Positions 40,128-51,828 of a stretch of 64,000 nt of DNA are shown here, piece after piece. The notes beneath the pieces are model-generated. The model saw only the letters and a list, made by a program, of their open reading frames with translations, was not told where the DNA came from and made no database searches. The translations under genes and the position numbers were made by a program. Origin of the DNA: Octopus bimaculoides (taxonomy: Eukaryota). Location of the stretch: NCBI RefSeq assembly GCF_001194135.2, contig NC_068985.1:122526007-122590006 (forward strand). Direction: 5' to 3'. The stretch's first letter is position 1, and each line of letters starts with the position of its first letter.

Positions 40128-40169
40128 CTTTCTTTCAAACATTGCATCAACAACATTCAGTAATCTTTC
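40128..40169 (-). CDS. PRKAR2: PKA-RII small exon (42 nt, phase 0-0): ERLLNVVDAMFERK
   Basis: Acceptor ttttttttcattgcag, donor GTAATT. DAMFER motif at the start of CNB-A. Confidence 0.93.
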
Positions 40170-41420
40170 CTGCAATGAAAAAAAGATATCTAATTACACA
40201 TGATCTCTCTAATATAAACAGCATTTACATAAATGAGTGTCACAGAACGAAAACGAGAAAAACAATTAACATCACGGTAGGTGATGAGCTACCATTTAGA
40301 AGATTAGAAGACTTTGTCAATACATAGTGTACTTTGAAAAAGTGACTCTGGTAAAGACCATATCCCACCATGCTTCATGTTCATGGCAGAATTTGAACAC
40401 AATGATGCAAGCTAAAAACCAGTCATCAATTACAGAATGTGGTAGTTTGCTAACTCAAGGAACCTATTCACAGATTTCTTTAAAAAAATGTTTATTGCTT
40501 AGTAAAGAGAAAAGGGAAATGTCCATAAACTTTTACAGAGCCTCTAAAAATGATGAGAAAAGGAAGAAAGAGGTCCTAAAATTAGAGGCCTGGTTTGAAT
40601 GCTTTACTACAGAATGAACCTTATTAATGGACCAAGTAGTGAGTTAAACTAGATGATGAATTAAGTTTATCACTTAAACAGGTCATGCAGAGTACACTAG
40701 TATAATTAATAACTTTGTGCTGTAAATGGAAGGGAAGCATGAACAGAGATGAATCTGCAACACAGTTTTGATTCCTTGTTATGGTTATTTCATGTGTATT
40801 GTTAAAGCTCTTCAGAAAGGTATGAATATTGCAGCATACAATTTCCTTTATAGTTTTGATGTCTCATACTTCCGTAAAAAATCAGCAAGTGGTGTGTATG
40901 TAGCTAAGAGCTTAAACACACACACACACACATATAAGCCAAGAGCAGGAATAAATACTGTACAACATCCTGTTCGATGCTCTAATGATTCCACTACTCC
41001 ACCACTATCTTAGACACATTTTACCAGCTCCAGAAAGACAAAAGGCAGAGTTGGTTTCAGTGGGATTTCAATTCAAAATGCAAGGTGCTGGAATGAATAC
41101 TATTGGGAATTTTGTCCAACACTCTAATGCTCTTGCTAATTCATCAACTAACTTGGTTCCAATTTAGAGTGTTGTCGCTGCTTGGCTCCCAATCAGTTCT
41201 ATGATCAAACTAACTACAGCTATGATCACCTTAGTCATTTATAAGTCTACCTCATCCAATGTGTTTCATTTTTTTAAAGATGGTACGGATTTTAGGAACA
41301 TTTGGTTACTATTTCTAGCATGTAAAGCAACCATATTCCCACTGTTGTTTGTTTGCCTAATAACGATGCTGTTAAATAAATGTAACAGTACCATTATATA
41401 AAGGCTATTATCATTACATT

Positions 41421-41663
41421 GTGAGTGAGTGAGTGAGTGAGTGAGTGAGTGAGTGAGTGAGTGAGTGAGTGAGTGAGTGAGTGAGTGAGTGAGTGAGTGA
41501 GTGAGTGAGTGAGTGAGTGAGNNNNNNNNNNNNNNNNNNNNNNNNNNNNNNNNNGAGTGAGTGAGTGAGTGAGTGAGTGAGTGAGTGAGTGAGTGAGTGA
41601 GTGAGTGAGTGAGTGAGTGAGTGAGTGAGTGAGTGAGTGAGTGAGTGAGTGAGTGAGTGAGTG
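41421..41663. repeat. (GTGA)n tetranucleotide microsatellite with an internal gap
   Basis: Read directly from the sequence. Confidence 0.97.
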
Positions 41664-42096
41664 TTCTCTTGATTCAGACTACAGTCCAACTAAAAACGTA
41701 AGTGGAAGTAGTAATACAGTACAAATATACTGACCAACACAAGTTCCATTTTTAAATTTTCAATGTGATGTCACATTTTAAGCAAAGGAATGATTGCCTT
41801 AGAATAAAAAGTCCACTCTCCCCAAATCTTTCTTTTAATATTTTTTGAGAAAGTAGACCATTAAAATATTTCAACATCTCTACCAAGATTTGGGTTAGGG
41901 TTAGGGGATATTGTTTTGTTCTTTCTTAGAACATCCCAGTTAATTAATAGTTCAAGAGCTCAGAGGCGCTGATATATTTAGAAAAACAAAATTCAACTTA
42001 CTTCATTGATAACCATTCTTTTATTGGAAAAATTACAATAAAACAAATAGAATATTGCATCACCGCTTAAAAGTGAACAGTGCAGTGGTTTCTCCA

Positions 42097-42127
<31 letters not shown>

Positions 42128-42533
42128 GAAAAAATACACCAATTCTGGTTTCAAATTTCAAGTTTCCTGAATGTTCTTCAAAATAATGCTTCCAGGACTA
42201 GAGTTATTATTATTATTAATTGAATGAAACAAAATAGAACATTAAAGGATAAAATGAAATAAATTAGAAAAATGCTGTTTGTGCATTCAAGAACATTTTG
42301 ATTTTAAGTTTGCTGTATTGTCTTTATAACATGTTTAGCAGTCAGCTGTTAATTTTCCCAGGTTCAGGCATCTATAACAAAGTATTGACATTGTTTTTCA
42401 TTTATAAATATAAAATTCTTATATTTTTGCTTTTGAAAAAGGAAAATAAGAAAAAGAATAAGAAGAAAATAGAGGTAGAATCTGTATTTTAGATTTGAAA
42501 GATAGAAGAAAAAGATTTTTTTCAATTACTTAC

Positions 42534-42617
42534 TGGCTCCAAATTTCTAAACAGCAAAATATTCTTTGTTGCCTCATTCAATCGTTTCCTTTGTTCATCA
42601 TTTTTAGGATGTATTAC
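42534..42617 (-). CDS. PRKAR2: PKA-RII exon (84 nt, phase 0-0): VIHPKNDEQRKRLNEATKNILLFRNLEP
   Basis: Acceptor cactgttcag, donor GTAAGT. RII-type VIHPK.DEQR.RL.EA.K.ILLF motif. Confidence 0.95.
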
Positions 42618-44295
42618 CTGAACAGTGAATAGCAAAAATCCCAACTCATTATAAGCTATACAAGTACAAACACCTTCATACAAAAATACATTCTTGAACA
42701 TATAATAAATAATTTTCTAAACAATATGTTATCTCTGTACAGTATTAAGAAATCTTGGGTTTATAAAAGGATATTTCTGAGATTTTTCTTTATGATTCTT
42801 TCTTTTAAAGCTAGAAGGAGGTTATAGTTAGTATATTCTATATATTTCAAACAATAATTTAGTCCCACCCCTGTCATGGTTGCTGACTGATTCAGAGTAA
42901 AGATTCAATAAACATTGAAACAGTTTGAAAGAAAACAACTTGAAGATGTCCATCAGGCAAGAAAAATCTGTTGATGCTTTTGAAGTATTATGACTACATT
43001 TTTAAGTCCATATGCATTTTCAATTTTATTGTTAGCTTATCAATGGTGGTTGTTAATCTGGAAGAATAAATTTTATGTGGTTGAATAGAAGGTGCCATAA
43101 GAAAGCACTCATGTTATTTGTAGGAGAAACCTTAAATCTAGACAAAGCTGTTTAGCAGTATGGGTGCTTTTCATGTGTCAGCAACCTGGGTACTTTTTAC
43201 TTGGTACTGGCACAGGCACTTATTGTGTGGCACCAACACGGATGCTTTTTTCTTGGCACCAAAATGGGTGTTTTTATATAGCACCCCTGCAAGTTTGCAA
43301 GACAAGGACCTCTCAGCTAAGAGAGAGAGAGAGTGGAACCAAGAGATTAGAGTATGACAGAGGTAGCCCTCTTATTACTGAGGTCATACTTGGCTCTTAT
43401 GTATCCATAGCTTGCATTAGGTACACTGTTTGGAATTTCTACCAACATCTTTCTTATTGAGAATTAAGTAGGGCCATCTCCCTGAAGAGATTTGTGATTT
43501 GTCTGTTTTCCTACTTGCTAGGATTTTTGGTCTTTGTTAAATTAACTCTAAGGCCCTTAGATTCCAGACCTTGCTTCCACATCTGCAATTTCTCTTCTTG
43601 TGTGGAAGCATGACTGTGTTGTTAAAAGGTTTGCTTAGCAACCACATGGTTTTGGGTTCCATCCCACTGCACGGCACCTTTAATAAATATCTTTTATTTT
43701 AGTCTTGGGATAACCAATACCTTGCGAGTGAAATTTGTTTGATAAAAACTGTGTGAAGGCTTTCACATATTCATATATGTCTCTCCAACTCATTCTGCAT
43801 GAAAAAACGGACATGTTTTTTTCACACAGAATGGGTTAGACAGACACTTTAAATATATAGATGTGTGTTTCTCTCCACATAGCTTCACATTGACACTGCT
43901 GCTTAGGTAGTGGAGACATTTGTTTATATCCTGTAGCATTGTGGCTTGACACACAAAAACCAGTGGAATAAAACACCTTACTTAAAAGTAAATAAGAATT
44001 GGCACAAGAAAGGGGCATCTGAACAAAGGATATTGCCAGAAAATGCTTGTTCAAGTCCAACCAGCATCAAAATGCAGAAATAGAAATGCAATGAAACAAG
44101 TTGAATATTAATGAATAAACTAGATGTGAAACACATGCATATATCTATATTGAATATAATTTTAGAATATGTCCTCCCAGATGTTTTGTTTCATGCTGTT
44201 CATGACTGGTATAGAGCATTTTGAAAATATAAAATATACAACTATACAATCTTAAAACATCAAAGAGTTTGAAAAATTATCTTTACTACAAACAC

Positions 44296-44690
44296 TTTTA
44301 CTTGTTTCAGTCATTTGACTGTGGCCATGTGGGAGCACCGTCTTTAGTCGAGCAAATCGACCCCAGGACTTATTCTTTGTAAGCCTAGTACTTATTCTAT
44401 CGGTCTCTTTTGCTGAACCGCTAAGTTATGGGGACGTAAACACACCAGCATCGGTTGTCAAGCGATGTTGGGGGGGGGGGGCAAACACAGACACACAAAC
44501 ATACACACACACACATATATACATATATACGACAGGCTTCTTTCAGTTTCTGTCTACCAAATCCACTCACAAGGCTTTGGTCGGCCTGAGGCTATAGTAG
44601 AAGACACTTGCCCAAAGTGCCATGCAGTGGGACTGAACCCGGAACCATGTGGTAGGTAAGCAAGCTACTTACCACACAGCCACTCCTGCA
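44296..44690 (-). mobile_element. Full-length SINE, family A (tRNA-like head, central microsatellite, tail ending TGACTGAAACAAGTAAAA)
   Basis: Head GTGGCTGTGTGGTAAG...GGTTCAGTCCCAC with Pol III A- and B-box-like spacing. Homologous copies at about 905-1052, 3824-4255, 14885-15045, 15075-15215, 25535-26070, 31195-31560, 35059-35400, 36352-36510, 43600-43770 and 54440-54570. Confidence 0.85.
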
Positions 44691-46436
44691 CACCATTTAT
44701 GTACCCTACCACCCACCAGGCTCTGCACTAATCAATATACTGAGTTCTTCTTTCCTAGAATGTTGGCCCTTTAGAACTCCCTCTCAACTATTTCTTTACT
44801 GCAGATATCTACTTGTAGTAGATCAAGCAGATTGTTAATGGTATCAATCTCACCATTCTCAGATGACCTGCAAAAGCCATGGACAATATACCTATTTCTG
44901 GAAAAAAAAAAAAAAAGAAATTACCTAACACTCTCCTTCCATCCCACGTTCTCCAAATCCATACAAAATTCTGCTAAATTACAGTTATGGCCAAAAAAAG
45001 AAATTCAGTTACCATTATGTTTTTATATGTTTAATCTATCTTAGTATTCTACTGTCAATCTAGTGTCTGAAAATTCAGCTAAAGGAATGAAATATTGAAA
45101 AAGTTACATTTCAGATGTTAAGAACTAGTATAAAAATAAACAGAAAAGTAAAAAGTGGGAGTATTTTCCTAAAGCGGTATTAGTAGAGAACTTAATCTAA
45201 AACTGATTTTGATAAAAAAACTAAATGCCTTGGGCTGTGGTTGACTTTACAATTTCTGGATGGTTAGTCAAGTACATGAACTTCTTGGTCAAGTAGTTAA
45301 TGTTTGATAGAAGAAATAATGGAAGTTGAGATAGATATTATAACAGTGGTTCTTCATAAAATGTCAAAAAACGGAAGGAGTTGGTGACCTTTGCTAGAAA
45401 GATTCTGCCTTCAACTGAAGCTTGTAATAGTCATGTAAAGAAGTCTCCCACACTGAACAAGTGTTGAATTACTTACAGTCAAATAATTACTATTTTAGTT
45501 TAGTCCTAAATCTTCAGTCATGATCAAAGGCATTCTTCTTGTAACTGTCGCATCTTTTGTGTGTTTGGCCTGGTGGTTACAGTGTTGGGCTCATGATCAT
45601 AAAGTTGTGGGTTTGATTCCTAGATTTGGTAATGCATTATATCATGGAGCAAGGTACTCCCCCATTTCAAGTTTCACAGTAATGACAATGATGTAGCCTT
45701 GGCTTCAATCCCAACAATGCATAGCACCTTGGACAAGTGTCTTATGCCACAACCTCACCTTACAAGTAAAATATGGTAGATGGAAACTGTGGGACATTTT
45801 AGTGGGACTGTTCACTTCTTGGGTGGTTCATATATAATCAGTTGCTCTGTTAAACACCACCACCTGGCTTTTGGCTGCTTTGATGAAGTCCATGGCTGAA
45901 AGCATTCAGGCCAGATCTCTGCCAGAGGATAACTTCTTCCCTTCCAGTCTCCTACCTGTCTTGGAGGTGCTGAAAAGGGCTAATGGGCACTGACCTTCCT
46001 CTTCTAAGCAATTTAAAGCAACATCAGCAAGCATAAACTGTTGTAGTAAATATATATCTAATATAAAAGACAATTGAAAAAGTTGGACTCAAACACTATG
46101 TCTGCTATAAACCATATATCTGCTTTAATGTCTACACCAAAGTGACATTACAACTTTGACCAACCAAATTAAAAGACTTAAAGTAAGTAACTATGACAAC
46201 ATATGTCAGAGGAATTCAACAAGGATTTCAGTTCACACTATATCAAAGTATGGTATTACATATATCTAATTTAGAAAATAAAAAAAAATTTGTAAAGTTG
46301 TCTGAGGACCTCAAATCTCACATCTGCTGGGCTAACCATCACATTGAAAGAAACATCACAACATTGACTGTTCAGATTAAAAGACTTATTAAATATATGT
46401 AATTAATTTTTAATTGTAATTTTGTAGCTTTCTTAC

Positions 46437-46489
46437 TTTTACTTCTTCCTCCCCTTGATCTTGTTCTGGATCATAAGCTTCAGCACAAA
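46437..46489 (-). CDS. PRKAR2: PKA type II regulatory subunit, most 5' coding exon found (53 nt, phase 1 to 0): (V)CAEAYDPEQDQGEEEVK
   Basis: Acceptor ttctttcag and donor GTAAGA. The peptide matches the RII linker just after the RRxS site (S-VCAE.Y.P). Confidence 0.9.
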
Positions 46490-48380
46490 CTGAAAGAACA
46501 GACAAATAAATAAATCAGCCAATCAATAAATAAAAGTGTGTATGTGTGTGTGTGATTTATAACAAACAGGAACAAACAAGTGAAAAAAACAAACTCAAAG
46601 GAAGCTCAATTTTCTCACCACTCCCACTTTTTGTTTACTATATTAATTTGAATAATTGTTTCTAATTTAGGCACAAAGCCAGCAATTTTGAGGTAGGTGC
46701 TTAGCTAATATATCAACTCCAGTACTTGACTGATACTTTATTTTAGTGAATATTGGAAAATAAACGGCAAATTTGGTCATAGCAGCATTTGGACTCAGAA
46801 TGTAAAGAATCCACAAATACCTGAAAGTATTTTGTTTTACACACTTTCCATTTCAAATATGTGACCCTTATTTTTGTACTGAAAAGTCAGTAATATATTT
46901 TATCTCCTTATCTTTTGTTTTATACTTGAGTATAACACTACCCACTCCCTAGTTTCACTTCAGATGCTTTGCATTAGATTTCTTACATATTACACAAGTA
47001 AATGCAATATATTGATGGAAAACAATATTGATCAGGAAGAAGCATATAAATCAATGGCTTCTCTCACTGTGATGTGTTTTTGCTGTTAATATTTAAAAAA
47101 TTTGTGCTAGTGTTTTGCTTTGTTCTTCAACCCAAGGTCATTAACCTTGATTGAACAAACCTATGATAAAAAACATCCTGGTAATGGCATTCTTTTAGTT
47201 TTCATGGTAATGGTAGTGGTGTGTATGCGTGTGTGAGGGTGTGTGTAATTCTAGGATTACTCTGTAGATTTGAAAAATTTGGCAAAAACGATAAGATAGA
47301 CTGGCAATGTTTTTTATACTGCTGTAACATACCAGTAACACACTCAGATAGTTCTGATAAACCATAGACCATTGGTTTACAAAAAATTGAGAAAACCCAC
47401 CCACCACAACAGAATTGATATCTCAAAACCAAAGTGCCACATAAAATGCATTGGTGTAGATGGTGCTGGTGCCACACAAAAAGTACTGGTGATGGTGTCA
47501 TGTAAAAAGTACCCACCACACTCTGTAAAGTGGTTGGCATTAGGAAGGGCACCCAGCTGTAGAAACCAAGTTAAAACAAGCAATAGAACCTGGTACGACC
47601 CCCATTCTTGCCAGTTCCTGTCAAACTGTCCAACCCATGGCAGCACAGAAAATAGGCATTAAATGTTGATGATGGTGATGGTGATTATGAGCCTTGAGCA
47701 CTGTCAAAAGAAATGAATAATTAATGAAGTTTGCAGTAGTCTTAATCACGTAAAATCTTGTTTAAAAGAAGAAAAATGTTGAAATAATTGTTCAAACATC
47801 AAAAAATAAAACATAACTAAAACATAAAATAACTTTCCACAGAATTGTCAGAGCAATGGAAAAAATGCCTTGCAGTATTTGTTGTGAGTTATCATTCCCA
47901 ATTGAAATCCTGCCAAAGTCAACTTGGCTTTTCATCTTATCAGGGTCAATAAATTATGTTCTAGTCATGTACTGGGGTGAATTTAATCAACCTCTTCTCC
48001 AAATTTCAGGCCTTGTCCCTATATTAGAAGCAATTATTATAATGGAGAAATATTCAGCAGAGAAGTCGTAATGTAGTGTAATATATTTTGTCCTTCCATG
48101 TTTGGAGTTCAAATCCTCCAAGAATTGACTTTGTTTTCCTGCTCTTGAAAGTCAGTAAGAGAATATAATTTTAGGTATTTAATAAGATGACATAACTGTA
48201 GATAATAAAATTGTGATAGATCTTCCTTTTTTGGTTTCAACATTGAAGTCAATCAACTGTATGCTCAACTTTTTAAATTAACATGTAAGTAACTGTCTAT
48301 TTTACAGACATGTACTTTTTATGTAATTCCTCAACTGAAATCAGTGTGACACAACATATGACAATATTTGATCATTAAAT

Positions 48381-48600
48381 GAAGGCAGCAGGCTGGCAGA
48401 ATCGTTAGCATGCCGGGTGGAAGCTTAGCAGTATTTTGTCTGTCTTTACGTTCTGAATTCAAATTCCGCCAAGGTTGATTTTGCCTTTCATCCTTTCAGG
48501 GTCGATAAATTAAGTACCAGTTGCATACTGGGGCCGATCTAATTGACTGGTGCCCCCTCCCCCAAAAATTTCGGGCCTTGTGCCTACAGTAGGAAAGAAT
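48381..48600 (+). mobile_element. SINE family B (GGCAGAATCGTTAGC...GTTCTGAGTTCAAAT...GCCTTTCATCCTTTC...GGCCTTGTGCC)
   Basis: Best-preserved copy. Related fragments at about 5720-5810, 24200-24310, 30150-30510, 46660-46830, 47840-48160, 48900-49240 and 59620-59760, in both orientations. Confidence 0.8.
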
Positions 48601-50014
48601 ATTTAATCATTAAGTTATAAATATACTCCATCTGATATGTTTCCACTCACAAGGATTCAGCCCAAGGCTATGGTAAAAACAGCTGTCTAGGGAGGGTGAA
48701 CCTGGGACCTCACGGTTGTGAAACTAGCTTCTTAACCACTTAACCATGTCTTCTATATAATACTGGTGGTGTTGTGGCTATGTTAAGAAATCATTATTGA
48801 TTCTTTGTATAGGTAAAGTCTCCAATTTAAATGAGGGTAAAGTTGTTTATATTGATTCCTGTATTTGACTATTACTTATTTTATTAATCCCACCCCTACA
48901 AGGAGGAAAGGCAAAATTGAACTCTCATTTTATCAGCTTCAATTAATATGGTAAATATAATCAACTATACACCAAGTTGAGATATAAATATTGCAAATGG
49001 AAATATGTTTTAAAGACCCAGTGAGGTGGGTATGATGCATTGGTCAAGTATATAAGATGGTAGCCATGAGCTTGAAGAGTTGTGAGAGCATAGAAAAGAT
49101 GCCTTGTGATATTTGTTCTGCCTCTCAGCATTGTGTGTTCAAATCTCATTAAGGTCAAAGTTGCCTTTCATCCCTCCTGAGTCAATAAATAAAGTTCCAA
49201 TTTTGGGTGGTAGACTAGCAGAATTGTTAGAGCATTAGATAAGATGTCTTCTTCTTCACTGAAATATAGATATACTGGCTGACCCCTTGCTGTCAAAAAT
49301 GACAGCTAATTGTAGTATATTATATATAAAAAGGGTATGAAAAGGTGAAAAAAATCAAACAATGTTTCAACTCTGTGTGAGTATGTGTGTGTGTTTTTGT
49401 GCATGTGCATGCATGTGTGTATATGTATACATTTATATGTAGGAGTAGCACAATCTGTAGCAAATGCAGTTTTCTATACTTTGTCACAGCCCACTTCCTT
49501 CCTTTTTAAGTGTGTCTGTTTATATATATATGTATAAATGCATGTGTGTTTGTAATTCTATTTTCTATGTATCTTTCTAAATAAACATACACAAACACAT
49601 ATACACTCACTCAAATATATAAATATATTTTACACAAACACACACATACACTCATACACAAACAAACATTCACATTCCTCACTTTTACACACACAGACAC
49701 AGATACTCACAGAGTTGAAGTGCTGTTTGATTTTTGTTTCACCGTTAACTTTTCACCATCCCACTTCCATCGGTGGATCACCCCTTGCTTTCTCATTCAT
49801 ATGTTGTGACGGAGAAATACACAAGACTATTATTATAGTAGATTATTATAGTAGAAGATACATGATGCTCTCTTCACCACTTCCTCTCTCTCGTTGCTAT
49901 TACTTTCTCTCACTCCCTCTCAGTCATGGCTATTACTCTCACTACTTCTCCTTCACTGAATTACTATTTTCCCTCCCCTCCCTTCACCATTCACTCCTAC
50001 TGTGTGATTTTGTG

Positions 50015-50060
<46 letters not shown>

Positions 50061-50870
50061 AATATATATAAACACTACGCTCATTATTATATTAGAAGAT
50101 ATTTATATTCGGGAAAGAAATATGTCAAAGGTAAAGCAATGTTTAAATAAAAGAAACACTTAACAGAACAAAATACATATCAATTTTTACCTTGTTCTTT
50201 TTTTTTTTCAGTTCTATATACAATATTGTATACAACATTCTCCAAATAAGAAATTTTGATAATCTAACGATGTCTGTGTAGGATACATTTTTCTTGAATT
50301 TAGCAGTTAACAGAATTTGAATGTCTGTGACATCCTCTTGATTTAGCAAATTGACTGTGATCAGTAGAAATCTTTAAATGTGGTGAATCTCCAACTTATA
50401 ACACGAGAACAATGTAGTAGGGAAATAAATGCTATATTTTGTTAAGCTTTTCTCTTGAATATTTTTGTTTATTGATAGCGAATGCATGTCTGACAGGGAA
50501 TTAATGCTGTCTTAAAGAGAAGGGAACATCTGCATTGGATGGTTGCAGGCTGATATATCCTGCATCAATAACAATAGTCTTTTTTTCTTTTTACTACAGA
50601 CATAAGGCCTGAAATTTGAGGGGCTGGGATTAGTCAGTTACATCAACCCCAATGCTCAACTAGCCCTTACTTTATCAACCCCAAATTAAAAGATTTAATC
50701 GAGAGAGAGAGAGAGAGAGAGAGAAATAGAAAGAAAGAGAAAAAGAAAATTTAAAAAGGCTGAAAGAGGGAGAGACAAAGAAAGAGAAAGAAAATGGAGA
50801 AAAGAGGGAAAGAGCAGGAAAAAGGAAAGAGAAATAGACAGACTGATAACCATAGATGGCTAGTTATACA

Positions 50871-51552
50871 CAAGGGTTGGTCAAAATAATGGAAACACCT
50901 TAAAATTTCAAACAAATTTATTTTAATATGGGGTAGGACCGCCTTTTACAGTAATTACAGCTTGAATTCTACGAGGTATGGACTCGTACAAAGTTTGAAC
51001 TGTTTCCAAAGGAATTTTTGTCCATTCTTCAGCTAAAACTATCTCCCATACTTGTAGTGATGATGGTGGAGGATATCGCCTCCTTACTTGTTTTTCTAAA
51101 ATGCACCATAAATGTTCAATAATATTGAGATCTGGGAACTGTGGTGGCCAGATAAGATGTTCAACTTCACTAGAATGTTCCTCGTGCCATTTGGTAACAA
51201 TTTTAGCAGTGTGAATTGATGCATTATCATCCTGAAAGATTGCGTTTCCCTCCAGAAACAGTTTCGCAACTACCGGATGAATTTGATCAGATAAAATGCT
51301 TAAATAGTCTTGACTATTAATTCTGCCATGAAGAGAAACCATTGGGCCGGTGGATTTCCAAGATATAGCCCCCCAGATCATCACAGATCCTCCTCCATGT
51401 TTAACAGCTGGAAGAAGGCAGTCTAGGTCAAATGCTTCTTTTGGCTGTCTCCACACACATACTTGGCTGGTGATTGGAAATAAGGTAAAGGATGACTCGT
51501 GCAAGAAAATAACATTCTTCCACTGCTTTAGGGACCCCTGCAGATAAATCAA
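50871..51552 (-). mobile_element. 5'-truncated Tc1-like transposon with DD36E spacing (catalytic domain and one TIR)
   Basis: ORF 50923-51552 has KHGGGSVMIWG, FQDDNA, WPPQFPDLNIIEHLW and ends KGGPTPY*. The first catalytic D reads H (FLHES). TIR-like CAAGGGTTGGTCAAAATAATGGAAACACCT starts at 50871. The DNA-binding region is absent. Confidence 0.92.
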
Positions 51553-51828
51553 TAGCTAACTACCTTGCTATATACACAAATAACATTCCTTATTTTTTTA
51601 AACTTGTATATCTTTTACTTGTTTCAGTCATTGAACTTCAGCTGTGCCAGAAGACTATCTTGAAGTGTTTATTTGAACAAATTGACCCTAGTACTTATTT
51701 TCTAAAAGCTCAGTACTTATTTGCTCAATCTCTTCTGCCAAACTGCTGAGTTATGGGGATGAAAACAAACAAGTAGTGGTGTAGAACAAAGACACAAACT
51801 TTTATATATATATATATATACACACACA

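Noticed and set aside
46612-46660. Possible phase-1 donor (G|GTGAGA) for the missing inhibitor-site exon
   Set aside because: It encodes TKSGS rather than RRxS and has no good acceptor.
50143-50349. 68-aa minus-strand ORF with a possible donor at about 50190
   Set aside because: No similarity to an R-subunit N-terminus, and it includes a poly-A-derived Lys run.
51533-51542. ACCCCTG at the truncated end of the Tc1 element as a remnant of the second TIR
   Set aside because: Only a 7-bp match, followed by CA rather than TA, which is insufficient.
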